A DNA stretch of 64,000 bases from Planctomycetota bacterium. Lineage in GTDB: Bacteria; Planctomycetota; GCA-002687715; DRQF01. The position numbers were made by a program, and so were the translations under genes. Numbering within the stretch: the first letter of the stretch is position 1; every line of letters begins with the position of its first letter. The stretch spans positions 21,102-85,101 of the forward strand of contig JALTLO010000202.1 of assembly GCA_027001995.1 (NCBI GenBank), given 5' to 3'. The notes below the pieces were generated by a model. It was not told the DNA's origin. It searched no databases and worked only from the letters and a program-made list of their open reading frames with translations. Shown here piece by piece: positions 28,551-38,491 of this stretch.

Positions 28551-29705
28551 ATGACGAATGAAAAGAAAACTCATCTGTGGCGTGAGACGATATTGGGTCT
28601 CAATGACACAGGGCGGGCGGGAAGCCGCGAGCTTGGTGAAATCGAAAAGGCGCTGGGGTCAGTTTTGGCCCTGCGACAACCGACCTCCTTTGTTCTTCGG
28701 CAGATCTCCACTCTGTCTGGGGGATTGGCACGGGCATTACGTAAAGAATCTTTAGAACCTCGAGGCCAAAGAGTCCTCCAAATGTTAGATCGCCATGGCC
28801 TTCATGCCTCAATTTTCGGTGACCAAGACTACCCCCAAGGCCTTTACGCCTTAGCGAATCCCCCCTTGGTCCTTTTCTACAAAGGAAAACTACCTGTTGA
28901 AGGTCAGCGGCGTGTGGCCATTGTCGGAGCCCGTGCTTGCTCTCGCTACGGTAAACGCATGGCCCGAACCCTGGGCCGTGATCTGGCCTTGCGTGGCATC
29001 GAAGTAACCAGTGGTTTGGCCCGTGGAGTCGACCGAGAGGCTCACTTGGGGGCCCTGGAGGGTGGTGGAGTCACTCACGGTATACTGGGCTGTGGTCTAC
29101 CGCGCATCTATCCATCCGAGCATAGGGGATTGGTCGATCAGATGATGCAGAATGGCTCTGTTATCTGCGAGTTCTCTCCCAATACAGCACCACTTCCAGG
29201 GAACTTTCCGAGAAGAAACCGCATCATCGCCGCCTTGTGTGACGGATTGATTTTGGTGGAGGCCAAAGAGAAGAGCGGTGGGTTGATCACGGTTCGTTGG
29301 GCCGCTGACTTGGGGAGAAATGTGTTTGTGCTGCCAGGGCAGATAGACAACCCTCTCAGTGCTGGATGCTTGGGTCTGATGCGAGATGGAGTGGGAATGG
29401 TTCGCCATGTTGACGACCTGATGTCTGATATGCGTTGGCCCTCAGATGGATTGGAGTCTCATGCCCAGTTGCTGCCTCAGTCCGGCCTAGAAACCATGAA
29501 GATTCATTTGACCGCCAATGAAGAACGTCTCTTAGCCTGCTTAGACCATGAGGCCCTGTCCCTGGACGCTCTGCTTCCAGCTTTGGACCAAACACCGGGA
29601 CAAGTCTTGACGGGGCTTTTGTCGTTGGAGCTCAAAGGATTGGTTGAACAAGAAGCGGGAATGCGCTTTCGCAGGAAGGGGAGGGGCGAAATCGAGGGGC
29701 ACTAA
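28551..29705 (+). CDS. dprA: DNA-processing protein DprA
   Basis: YP...PPLVLFYKG, VAIVGAR, SGLARGVDREAH, FPRRNRIIAAL, VEAKEKSG, C-terminal winged helix LLSLELKGLV. Confidence 0.93.
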   Translation: MTNEKKTHLWRETILGLNDTGRAGSRELGEIEKALGSVLALRQPTSFVLRQISTLSGGLARALRKESLEPRGQRVLQMLDRHGLHASIFGDQDYPQGLYALANPPLVLFYKGKLPVEGQRRVAIVGARACSRYGKRMARTLGRDLALRGIEVTSGLARGVDREAHLGALEGGGVTHGILGCGLPRIYPSEHRGLVDQMMQNGSVICEFSPNTAPLPGNFPRRNRIIAALCDGLILVEAKEKSGGLITVRWAADLGRNVFVLPGQIDNPLSAGCLGLMRDGVGMVRHVDDLMSDMRWPSDGLESHAQLLPQSGLETMKIHLTANEERLLACLDHEALSLDALLPALDQTPGQVLTGLLSLELKGLVEQEAGMRFRRKGRGEIEGH

Positions 29706-29778
29706 AGGACAGGACTGTTCGCGACTTCGATTTCAGCGGATATTTTGCAAGAAAACGAGCTCTCGCCTGCCTTTTACA

Positions 29779-29973
29779 TCAGTGATCTAATGTGTATTCC
29801 ATGACCCAAAAAATGATGGCGCAGATGCCAATGATAGAGATGCTCATGGTGGCGAACAAACGCAACCCCTGGCGCATGACGTCTTTTAGATCGTCGCGGC
29901 CGAGGCTGGAGGAGACCAGGCAAATGACCAAGCACAGGGGTAAGAAAAGGGCGATGTTTTCAAGCAAGCTCAT
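29779..29973 (-). CDS. Small two-TM membrane protein
   Basis: 64 aa, two hydrophobic helices; ATGA overlap with the upstream gene and GGAGG SD. Confidence 0.7.
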   Translation of the reverse strand: MSLLENIALFLPLCLVICLVSSSLGRDDLKDVMRQGLRLFATMSISIIGICAIIFWVMEYTLDH

Positions 29974-30425
29974 GCGACTTCCTCCTGAGTCGTGGCTGAA
30001 TTTTCTTCCGATTTCTTAGAGGCGATGTCATAGGCGTCGATAGCCACCAAGACATTCAAGAGAGCGCCAATCCCAGAGTAAAGGCAACCAACATGGTAGT
30101 AGGAACTGTCCCGAACAATCATGAGATTGGACGTGGCTGCGGTGGCGATGGCTGTCATCAAGCCGCCAAAGAGATGAGCGATTCCCCAGATGGGATGCCG
30201 AGTCAGAGGAGCGATATTACGAAAATCCGCCAGCACCATGCCGACGAGGAAGACCAAAATGACCATGCTGCCCAAGAAGATCCCACGGCGCTTTTGGCCC
30301 AAGTAAAAGTGGCCACCACCTGGGATAAGCCATGCCAAGACAACGGCGATTCGTTGTCGTTTCTCAGCTCGCAGGCAAAACCAGGCAAGGAGCGCCGCGC
30401 AGAGGATGAAGGCTTTTTCGAACAT
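29970..30425 (-). CDS. Membrane protein, DUF6677-like
   Basis: LAWLIPGGGHFYLG and GALLNVLVAIDAY motifs, several TM helices; start moved to MFEKAF. Confidence 0.7.
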   Translation of the reverse strand: MFEKAFILCAALLAWFCLRAEKRQRIAVVLAWLIPGGGHFYLGQKRRGIFLGSMVILVFLVGMVLADFRNIAPLTRHPIWGIAHLFGGLMTAIATAATSNLMIVRDSSYYHVGCLYSGIGALLNVLVAIDAYDIASKKSEENSATTQEEVA

Positions 30426-30578
30426 AATTGCTACTCGCGAGCCAAATTGCTGTTTCGATGACTGTGGCACCCTATGGAAATGACGGCAAACCGACAAGAG
30501 AGGCAAAGATCACATCTTTTGTCCCTGTCGAGGTTTACCTATATTTTGCGAGAGCGAATTTTTCTTTTGGGGATTCTT

Positions 30579-30977
30579 TTGGCCAGTCACAAAACCGAAT
30601 TGCGGGTTCGATACGCTGATACGGATCAAGGTGGGGTGGTCTACAACTCCAATTATCTGATTTTCTTTGAGGTTGGAAGAACAGAAATGATGCGCCAATT
30701 GGGCATCCCCTACGCTCAAGTCGAATCAGAGGGTACAATCCTCCCGGTGGTGGAGGCGCATGTTAACTACATCGCTCCAGCACGTTATGATGATCTCTTG
30801 GTCATCGAGTCTTGCTTTGCTGAAGTCCGGCGGGTGAGGCTAAAAATCGAAACAAAGATTTACCATCAAGAATCTGGTCAGCTCTTGGCGACCGGCTGGG
30901 TTTGGTTGGCTTCCATAGATGCCAACGGAAACCTCAAGCGGTTGCCAGGTGATCTCAGGAAAGCGATTGGCCATTGA
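30579..30977 (+). CDS. YbgC/FadM family acyl-CoA thioesterase
   Basis: RVRYADTDQGGVVYNSNYLIFFEVGRTE, PARYDD; TTG start inferred. Confidence 0.9.
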   Translation: MASHKTELRVRYADTDQGGVVYNSNYLIFFEVGRTEMMRQLGIPYAQVESEGTILPVVEAHVNYIAPARYDDLLVIESCFAEVRRVRLKIETKIYHQESGQLLATGWVWLASIDANGNLKRLPGDLRKAIGH

Positions 30978-31066
30978 GAAATTTGGAATTTGAGGGCAAT
31001 GGGATCGTCCACCCCCAAGGAGCGGCGTTGACCGCAAACATGTCCGGCGGGACCAAGGAGATATCA

Positions 31067-31963
31067 ATGAAAGCGTCTATTTGGACGATCGTTCTTGCAT
31101 TAGTTCTATTGGGTGGCTGCGCTTCAAAGGAGGCCATGGACACCCATGAAGAACCCAAAGACGGCATGCAAGCCCAAGTTATTTCCGAGACGGAAGAAGA
31201 TAGCCGGGTTCGGACTGAGCGCCGCCTCCAGCTTGAACGCTCCATGGAGCAATGGTGGGCCGCTTTTCAACGGCAAGAATATGGCAAAGCCGACGGTGTG
31301 GCGGCAGCCTTAGAGACATACGTCAACAAGAACTTTGATGGGGTCCTGAAAGACCTCAAGACTGCCAGTCCCCGGTTTCGTAAAGTAGCAGCAGCTACTC
31401 TTGGTTTTAGCGGCAAACAAGAAGCAGTACCTGCACTCTTGGATGCCCTAGGCGATCCCTTCTCCGATGTGCTTTTTGGTTCCCTCTTGTCCCTTTGGCG
31501 TTTGAGCTTACAGCCAGGAAAAATCGACATTCCTGCCAATGAGATCACTCCCTACCTCATTCACGGCGATCCAGGAATTCGGAGCAATGCGGCTATGGTC
31601 TTGGCCCACACCACCAAGAAGGGCGAAGGCGTCCTCTTCTTGCCATTGACGGCAGCCATGGAAGATAGCAGTCCTCAAGTTCGCGTTCATGCAGCAGCTG
31701 CTTTGGGTGCTTTGGGAGACCCGGATGCGGTTCCTTTCTTGAAGAAAGGGTTGGACGACAAATTGCCTCTGGTTCGTATTCGCTCGGCTTTGGCTTTGGG
31801 CAGAATCGAAAGTCGACGAGCCTTGCGCCCACTCATTGACCACATGGACGATCCAGACAAAGATGTGGCTAAGGCAATTCATAAGTCTTTGATGCGCATC
31901 TCCGGTCAAAAAATCGACCGGATTCAGAAAGAGTGGATGAACTACTTACGCAACTCAGATTAG
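31067..31963 (+). CDS. HEAT-repeat lipoprotein
   Basis: AAGGAG SD, lipobox LGGC, HEAT/PBS repeats (VRVHAAAALGALGD, VRIRSALALG). Confidence 0.85.
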   Translation: MKASIWTIVLALVLLGGCASKEAMDTHEEPKDGMQAQVISETEEDSRVRTERRLQLERSMEQWWAAFQRQEYGKADGVAAALETYVNKNFDGVLKDLKTASPRFRKVAAATLGFSGKQEAVPALLDALGDPFSDVLFGSLLSLWRLSLQPGKIDIPANEITPYLIHGDPGIRSNAAMVLAHTTKKGEGVLFLPLTAAMEDSSPQVRVHAAAALGALGDPDAVPFLKKGLDDKLPLVRIRSALALGRIESRRALRPLIDHMDDPDKDVAKAIHKSLMRISGQKIDRIQKEWMNYLRNSD

Positions 31964-31972
31964 CTCAAGTTC

Positions 31973-34183
31973 CTACATCATCGAAGTTGGATCGCGGTCA
32001 ATGAGAACCTGAATTCTCTTGTCGCTCCGAATGTTCCGGTGGTTTTCTTGGAACAACGCTTCGAGTTGTTCTCCATTATCTGCCCGTAGCAATATGTGGT
32101 AACGATGCTGTTTGCGAATGAAGGCCAAGGGACAAGGACTCGGGCCCAAGAGCGCGATGTTGCTGGTGAAACAAAGTGGCCTCAAGGCGTCTGCGACCTT
32201 GTCTGCGCGCTCGATGACTTTCTTCTCATCCATTCCCTGAATCACCAGGCGGAGAAGGGCTCCAAATGGAGGGTAGCGAGCATCTCGCCGGTAAGGAAGT
32301 TCCTTTTCCGCGAAGCTGAGGAAATCGTGACTGGCGGCACATTTGTAAGCATAGTGTTCAGGAGTATAGGTCTGGATCAAGACCCGGCCGGGCTTGGATC
32401 CTCGACCAGCTCGTCCGCTCACCTGAGTCATGAGTTGGAAGGTGCGTTCAGCGGCACGAAAGTCTGGGATCAAGAGGGACGTGTCCGCTGAGATGACACC
32501 AATCAGGGTGATGCCTGGAAAGTCGAGACCTTTGGCGGCCATTTGTGTGCCAATGAGGATTTGGACAGCTCCTGATTTGAGGTCGCGAAACAACTCTTCA
32601 TGGGCATGACGTTTACGCATGGTCTCGCTATCCATCCGCGCAATTTGAACATGGGGAAAGAATGACCGAGCAGCATGCTCGATCATCTCAGTCCCAAATC
32701 CTTTGAAGTAGATGTCGTGGTGCTTGCACTCAGGGCATTTCTTCGGTGGGTGGCCGATGTGCCCGCAGTGATGGCATTGAAGTCGATTCTGGGCCTTGTA
32801 GAAAGTAAGAGCGACATCGCATGAAGGGCATTTTAGGACAAAGCCACAGAGCTTGCATAAGACGTTGGTGTGAAATCCCCGGCGGTTGAGAAACAGAAGA
32901 ACCTGTTCGCCACGGTCAAGGGTATGTCGGATCATACTCACCAAGAGGGGGGAGAATACCCCTCCAGGCCCGGTTGGGCGTTGGGATCTCATGTCAATAA
33001 CACTGACTTCTGGAAGGGGAATCTCTCGAACGCGTGATGGCATAGAAAGGAGAGCGAATTCCCCTCGCTGTGCGGCATCGTATGACTCTAAGCTGGGAGT
33101 GGCTGACCCGAGAATGACAACAGCTTCTTTAAGTTTGGCGCGCATGATGGCAACTTCCCGAGCGTGGTAGCGGGGAACATTCTGTTGTTTGAAAGTGTTC
33201 TCATGCTCTTCGTCGAGAATGATCAATCCCAAATCGACGACGGGAGCGAAAACAGCACTTCTTGGTCCAATGGCGATCTTCTTCTTTCCTTTCCGAAGTT
33301 CTTGCCATTGGTTGGCTCGCTCTGCATCGGTGAGATGGCTATGCAAGACGGCCACCGACCCAAATCGTGACTCGAAGCGTTCGAGAGTTTGAGGGGTAAG
33401 GGAAATCTCAGGGACGAGGACGATGGCACCCTTTCCTTGGGATAGCGATTTCTCAATTGCCGCCAGATAGACTTCTGTCTTGCCGCTGCCTGTTACGCCG
33501 TGGAGAAGAAACGTCTCTTGCCGTTGTTGGTCAAGGGCTTTGCAAATCTTTTCAACACAGGTTTCTTGCTCTGGCATGAGCCTGGGAGCCCCGGTTTTCT
33601 GGATGTCCAGTCGGGAGAAAACATCCTCTCTTTGGAGGCTTTGCTCCAATCGAACCAAGCCTTTCTTGACCAAGGTTTTGAGGGGAGAATCGCTGGTATT
33701 GGTCACTCTCAGAAGAACTTGGCGGGGGATGCCTTGCTGGCTTTCGACGACACAAGCGAGGACGTCTCGTTGCCTTTGTTCTCTGGGTGTTTTGAGGCCG
33801 GTTGTCAGTGCTTCTTGGGCATTGGGTTCGATGGCATGGACCACAGTTGTGAGCTTGCCTCGAGCCCCTTTCTTGACACCTGCAGGGAGAAAGGCCGCCA
33901 AAACCTCCCCAGGGCCGCAGACGTAGCGCTTAGCCATCTCCATGGCCATGGTGATTTGATGTTGGTCTAGGAGCGCGATGGGATCGATGATGCGATCGAT
34001 AGGCTTCAAGCCCTCAACATCGTCGGTCTCATGAAAGCCGACAACGAAACCGATGAGCTTTCTTGGCCCAAAGGAAACTTGGACCCTTGCTCCGAGAGCA
34101 ATATCGGCAAGCTCCATGGGGGCGACGTAGCTATAGGCTTGTCTGAGAGGGAGAGGCACACAGACCTCAAGAATGAGCCTCAT
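31973..34183 (-). CDS. priA: Primosomal protein N' (replication restart helicase)
   Basis: GVTGSGKTEVY, LVPEISLTPQ, DEEHE, SATPS, FLNRRG, four CxxC motifs, QVSGRAGR; ATGA overlap with the upstream gene. Confidence 0.96.
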   Translation of the reverse strand: MRLILEVCVPLPLRQAYSYVAPMELADIALGARVQVSFGPRKLIGFVVGFHETDDVEGLKPIDRIIDPIALLDQHQITMAMEMAKRYVCGPGEVLAAFLPAGVKKGARGKLTTVVHAIEPNAQEALTTGLKTPREQRQRDVLACVVESQQGIPRQVLLRVTNTSDSPLKTLVKKGLVRLEQSLQREDVFSRLDIQKTGAPRLMPEQETCVEKICKALDQQRQETFLLHGVTGSGKTEVYLAAIEKSLSQGKGAIVLVPEISLTPQTLERFESRFGSVAVLHSHLTDAERANQWQELRKGKKKIAIGPRSAVFAPVVDLGLIILDEEHENTFKQQNVPRYHAREVAIMRAKLKEAVVILGSATPSLESYDAAQRGEFALLSMPSRVREIPLPEVSVIDMRSQRPTGPGGVFSPLLVSMIRHTLDRGEQVLLFLNRRGFHTNVLCKLCGFVLKCPSCDVALTFYKAQNRLQCHHCGHIGHPPKKCPECKHHDIYFKGFGTEMIEHAARSFFPHVQIARMDSETMRKRHAHEELFRDLKSGAVQILIGTQMAAKGLDFPGITLIGVISADTSLLIPDFRAAERTFQLMTQVSGRAGRGSKPGRVLIQTYTPEHYAYKCAASHDFLSFAEKELPYRRDARYPPFGALLRLVIQGMDEKKVIERADKVADALRPLCFTSNIALLGPSPCPLAFIRKQHRYHILLRADNGEQLEALFQENHRNIRSDKRIQVLIDRDPTSMM

Positions 34184-34506
34184 GAGTCTTGGGTGATTCC
34201 GTTCTCTTGGGTGAGACGATTTTCTTCGTGGCAGGTGCAGGGTGTTGCCAAGCACTTGGGGCAGCCCTGGGCATACTTCTTGGCGGCCTGTTCCAGATCA
34301 ACATGAGTTAAGCTGGCCAAAGTGGAGAGCCAGGCAAAAACATCTGCGAACTCTTCTTCTAAGTTAGCACGATCGTTCCCTTTGATGGCTCGGGCGAGTT
34401 CACCCACTTCTTCCACGAACCAGACGAACGTTCCGGACACGCCGCGGCTGGAGTCCTTGACGAGATAGATGTCTTCGATTCTTTTTTGAAAATCGGAAAC
34501 TTTCAT
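34180..34506 (-). CDS. MazG-like nucleotide pyrophosphohydrolase
   Basis: EEVGELARA and EEEFADVFAW motifs; C-terminal CPKC..PCTC. Confidence 0.88.
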   Translation of the reverse strand: MKVSDFQKRIEDIYLVKDSSRGVSGTFVWFVEEVGELARAIKGNDRANLEEEFADVFAWLSTLASLTHVDLEQAAKKYAQGCPKCLATPCTCHEENRLTQENGITQDS

Positions 34507-36065
34507 GCGGTACGCCTCAGGCTGATAATGGTGATGTCAAACTCGCCTGGCTCTTCTGACAAGTTTGCGTCGATTTTGGCAGCTAACTTGGATGCCACTG
34601 CAATCTCGTCTGATTTCGCCACCGCCATGGTCGCTTTGAAGAATCGGGTTTCTCCTAACTCCTCGCCACTTTTGAGTTTCAATTGAGTTAGACCTGCGGC
34701 AGAAAGTAGGAGGAGATCGTCCTTCTTCAAGATGAATTCTTCCTCCTCCAAGCTGCGGTCGAAAACCGGCCCTTTGTCCAAGCCCATGGCGATCCCTGCC
34801 GGATGGTGGTTCATGAGTTCGCTGCTTTCGGCCAGCCACCTCAGTGTTGGCATCTTGTGGCCAGCGCAAGCGATCTTGACCTCATGGGTCTGGTGATCGT
34901 AGACAGCATAGATGGCGGTCACATACATGCCTCTTCGCAGATCGGGGGAGAAAAGAGCGTTCATGCGCTTGAGAGTTGCAGCGGGACTTGAGTTCTCTGG
35001 AGCGACGGCCCGAAAAGTCGAGCGGGCCATGGCCAAGATGACCGCTGCGGGGACTCCCCGGCCACTGGCAGAAAGAAGGAGCAGGCCGGTCTTCTCACCG
35101 GGTAGATCAATGAAGTCAAAGAGGTCGCTCGAAAGATCTCCTCCGGCTTCGAATACTGCGTCGACTTGAGAATTCGGAATCTGGGGCAAGGTTGAAGGGC
35201 AGAGCTTCTCTTGGATTTCTTGGGTGATTTGCTCTTGGTGTTCCTTATCTGATAAATCCGCCTTTAGGTCTTGGGCCTCTTCCAAGCCTTGAGTCATCTC
35301 ATCGATCGACTGAGCTAAGACGCCGATTTCGTCTCGCGAGTTGACCTGGCTTCGGTGGCTTAGGTTCCCTTTCGAGATGATTGCGATGTCATGGAGCAGG
35401 GTGTCTAAGGGCTTGGTCACACTCTTAGCAACAGCAAAGGAAACAAAAACTCCCACCAAGATTCCGATGATCGAAAAAAGGATGATGCTGGTGAGAAGAC
35501 TGTCCAACTCGGCTTCGAGACTTTCTTCCGAGATGAAGACCTCAACTGCTGCGATCGTCTGATTTCGATTCGTCGGCTTGACAATGGCGTGCCAGAACGA
35601 ACGAACTGGAATCTCTTTGTCCCGCGAGTTCATCAGCGTACCGCGCCGAATGCGTACGGCACCGACATTCTCTAATTCTTCATTGACCCGCAGTTTGAGT
35701 TCGTTGCGCCCGGTGGCACTGATAACGAAGTCGTATTTATTCTCGCCGTTGAGTTCGTAAATGGCGACTTCTTCAACATCGTCTGTCAGCAAATCCTGCA
35801 TTCGTTTGACGTTGTCTTTGTTGTGCCAGTCGGGAGCCGCCAAGGCCTTGGCAGAGAAAAGGCCAGCTGTGTTAATCTGAGCCTCCAAGGCTTCTCTTGA
35901 AGAGCCATAGAGGGAATATCCCAGAGCCAAGAGGAGGAGAGCAATCACCACACTGATGGGAATGGCGAATTTCAGCCCGAGCCCCAGCCCACGTTTTTTC
36001 TTATGGCTGTCATCATGTGAAACTCCTGTCGTATTCTCTCGGGAGCGTGCTTTTCGCTTTGGCAT
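34503..36065 (-). CDS. Membrane HAMP + SpoIIE/PP2C-like domain protein (probable pseudophosphatase)
   Basis: Two TM helices, HAMP (SRDEIGVLA), SpoIIE fold motifs (SGRGVPAA, GMYVT, AGH, DITII) with catalytic Asp substitutions. Confidence 0.85.
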   Translation of the reverse strand: MPKRKARSRENTTGVSHDDSHKKKRGLGLGLKFAIPISVVIALLLLALGYSLYGSSREALEAQINTAGLFSAKALAAPDWHNKDNVKRMQDLLTDDVEEVAIYELNGENKYDFVISATGRNELKLRVNEELENVGAVRIRRGTLMNSRDKEIPVRSFWHAIVKPTNRNQTIAAVEVFISEESLEAELDSLLTSIILFSIIGILVGVFVSFAVAKSVTKPLDTLLHDIAIISKGNLSHRSQVNSRDEIGVLAQSIDEMTQGLEEAQDLKADLSDKEHQEQITQEIQEKLCPSTLPQIPNSQVDAVFEAGGDLSSDLFDFIDLPGEKTGLLLLSASGRGVPAAVILAMARSTFRAVAPENSSPAATLKRMNALFSPDLRRGMYVTAIYAVYDHQTHEVKIACAGHKMPTLRWLAESSELMNHHPAGIAMGLDKGPVFDRSLEEEEFILKKDDLLLLSAAGLTQLKLKSGEELGETRFFKATMAVAKSDEIAVASKLAAKIDANLSEEPGEFDITIISLRRTA

Positions 36066-36077
36066 TTTCTCTCGGCC

Positions 36078-36524
36078 CTAATTTAAGACGGACTCGATTG
36101 CCCAACTCAAGATGAGAGCTAGGATCCCTGCTAGAACATCATCATAGACCACGCCATAACCATTCGTCCACTTTTCCACTCTTCGAATTGGTCCAGGTTT
36201 CCACATGTCGAATAAACGGAAGAGGAGGAAGCCCAAAAGGAGTGTGTGGGGACCAGCGGCAAAAGGCCGCCAGATCGCGATCCACAGGCCAGCCGCTTCA
36301 TCGTAGACGAAGTCCTGAGGATCTTTTCCTCCGGTCTTGGTCATGAAACGGCGAGCCAGGGGCGGACCTGTAAGGGTGGCGAATACGGCGAGGAAACCGA
36401 TGGATGTTGAGTAGAACTCGATGGGAATGAGGTAGGCGATCAGAAGAGCCACCATGGAACCACATGTTCCGGGCATGATTGGAGAGTTTCCTGAGCCAAA
36501 CATGGTCCCAATGAATCGTACCAT
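36078..36524 (-). CDS. pgpA: Phosphatidylglycerophosphatase A
   Basis: GSG..P..PGT.GS, DPQDFVYDE, FRLFDMWKPGPI, GVVYDDVLAG. Confidence 0.92.
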   Translation of the reverse strand: MVRFIGTMFGSGNSPIMPGTCGSMVALLIAYLIPIEFYSTSIGFLAVFATLTGPPLARRFMTKTGGKDPQDFVYDEAAGLWIAIWRPFAAGPHTLLLGFLLFRLFDMWKPGPIRRVEKWTNGYGVVYDDVLAGILALILSWAIESVLN

Positions 36525-36548
36525 CTGCCGTGTGCCTCTGAATAAGCG

Positions 36549-37157
36549 TCAAATATCGTTGGCACCAATATGTCGTGAAGCTTTCACGATATAGAGGCCG
36601 CCGGAGTAAATTGTCAGAAGGACGGTGATCCAGACCAGGGCATGGGAGGAGTAGTGGATCCATCCAGGAGTTTGGGGACTTGTGGCTACGACGCCGATCA
36701 AGAAACCGATCGCCAAGCTTTGAGCGACCATCTTAATTTTGCCGGCCATTTCGGCACCAAAATCGATCCCTTGGCTTTCCATATATCCGCGAATACCATT
36801 CACTAAGAACTCGCGAAAGAGGACAACAGCCACCATCCACGGGTGTAAATAGCTCGTGGTCTCAGGGATCGAAGCCAAGAATACCAAGCTACTGCAAATG
36901 ACAACTTTGTCTACGAATGGATCGGCGATCCTGCCAAAAGCGGTTACGGTGTTGTCCCGCCTGGCGATGTAACCGTCCAAGGCATCACTGGCTGTAGCGG
37001 CAATGAAGAAAAACAGAGCGATCCATGCAGCCTCACTTCGCCAACTATCCACCCAAAAGTCTTCTTGTATCAGCAAGAGGAAGGCGAAGGATACCATAGC
37101 GAGAAGCAGCCGGAACATGGTGACCCGGTTCGCCAAATTGAATTTGGGAATCAGCAC
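36549..37157 (-). CDS. pgsA: CDP-diacylglycerol--glycerol-3-phosphate 3-phosphatidyltransferase
   Basis: NLANRVTMFR, DALDGYIARR..T.FG...DP..DK CDP-alcohol motif, GKIKM. Confidence 0.92.
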   Translation of the reverse strand: MLIPKFNLANRVTMFRLLLAMVSFAFLLLIQEDFWVDSWRSEAAWIALFFFIAATASDALDGYIARRDNTVTAFGRIADPFVDKVVICSSLVFLASIPETTSYLHPWMVAVVLFREFLVNGIRGYMESQGIDFGAEMAGKIKMVAQSLAIGFLIGVVATSPQTPGWIHYSSHALVWITVLLTIYSGGLYIVKASRHIGANDI

Positions 37158-38485
37158 GTTCCACAGCCCTCACTCAGTTGACCGTAAAGATCGTAAGCTT
37201 CCGCTTTCTCCACCTTTACCTGGACGATATCACCAGCCTTCACCGCAGGGCCTTTGACGAAGACTTTTCCGTCGATTTCTGGGGCGTCTGACTTGCTCCT
37301 CCCAATGGATGTCTCGGAGCCTTCTCCTGGATCTTCGATCAAGACATCAATGGTTCGACCGACGAATCTTTGGTTTCTCTTCTTTGAGATTTCTTGTTGC
37401 AATGACATCAAGCGGTCTAAGCGCTCTTGTTTGAGCTCTGGTGAAACTTGGTCCGGCAAGTCGATTGCCGGGCTCCCTTCTTCTGGGGAGTACATGAAGG
37501 CCCCAAGGCGGTCAAACTGATGACGTTCAGCGAAAGAGAGTAGATGTTCGAAATCGGCGTCGGTCTCTCCGGGGAAGCCAACGATCATGGTCGTCCGGAG
37601 GGTCATATCAGGGTTCCTTGATCGTAGCTTGTCGACCATGGATTCCACGTCCTTCTCCCGAGTCTTGCGCTTCATCAGCTCCAACATGTGATTGGAGCTA
37701 TGCTGGAGTGGCACATCAATGTAAGGGAGGACTTTTCTTCCATTTGAAAGTAAAGTGGCTAGTTCGTCACTCACTTCAGTGGGGTAGGCGTAGAGCAGGC
37801 GAACCCAAGAAATCTCGTCTACTTTTTCTAAATTCTCGAGAAGTTCTACGATCCTGAAACGGCCGTAAAGGTCGACCCCATACATGGTGGAATCTTGGGC
37901 CACGACATTGATTTCTTTGGCGCCCATCTGTCCCAAACGTCGGGCTTTCTCGACCAGCTCTTCTAATGGAAAACTCTTGAGGCGACCGCGGATCTGGGGG
38001 ATGACGCAGAATGTGCAGGTGTGGTTGCAGCCTTCAGCGATCTTGAGATAAGAGAAGTGGGCCGGTGTCAGTCGGGCTTGAACATAGCGCCCAGGAGTCA
38101 CGAATCCGGGGGTAGTGACTTCGGCCTGAGGCAAGTATTCATTGACATAGTCGTTGATACGATTGTAGTCAGCGAAATCTATGAGGCGGTCGACCTCGGG
38201 CACCGCTGCAATGAGCTGCTCTTTGTAGTTGCCCACCATGCATCCGGTTACGAAGAGGGCCTTGAGGCCAGACTTCTTGAGGGCGGCAGCTTCCCGAATG
38301 GTCTGAATAGACTCTTCCCGAGCAGAGCCCAAGAAACCGCAGGTATTCACCACGACCACATCCGCCTCGGCTGGGTCGATCACGATCTCAGCATTATTAG
38401 TAATCAGATCGGAAACAAGTCCTTCTGAATCGACCAGATTCTTGGGGCACCCCAAGCTGATCAATGAGATCCTGCGGTTTCTCAA
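37151..38485 (-). CDS. rimO: Ribosomal protein S12 methylthiotransferase
   Basis: SLGCPKNLVDSE, VNTCGF, GCNHTCTFC, LLYAYP, DAPEIDG, TRAM domain. Confidence 0.95.
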   Translation of the reverse strand: MRNRRISLISLGCPKNLVDSEGLVSDLITNNAEIVIDPAEADVVVVNTCGFLGSAREESIQTIREAAALKKSGLKALFVTGCMVGNYKEQLIAAVPEVDRLIDFADYNRINDYVNEYLPQAEVTTPGFVTPGRYVQARLTPAHFSYLKIAEGCNHTCTFCVIPQIRGRLKSFPLEELVEKARRLGQMGAKEINVVAQDSTMYGVDLYGRFRIVELLENLEKVDEISWVRLLYAYPTEVSDELATLLSNGRKVLPYIDVPLQHSSNHMLELMKRKTREKDVESMVDKLRSRNPDMTLRTTMIVGFPGETDADFEHLLSFAERHQFDRLGAFMYSPEEGSPAIDLPDQVSPELKQERLDRLMSLQQEISKKRNQRFVGRTIDVLIEDPGEGSETSIGRSKSDAPEIDGKVFVKGPAVKAGDIVQVKVEKAEAYDLYGQLSEGCGTC

Positions 38486-38491
38486 CTTTGG

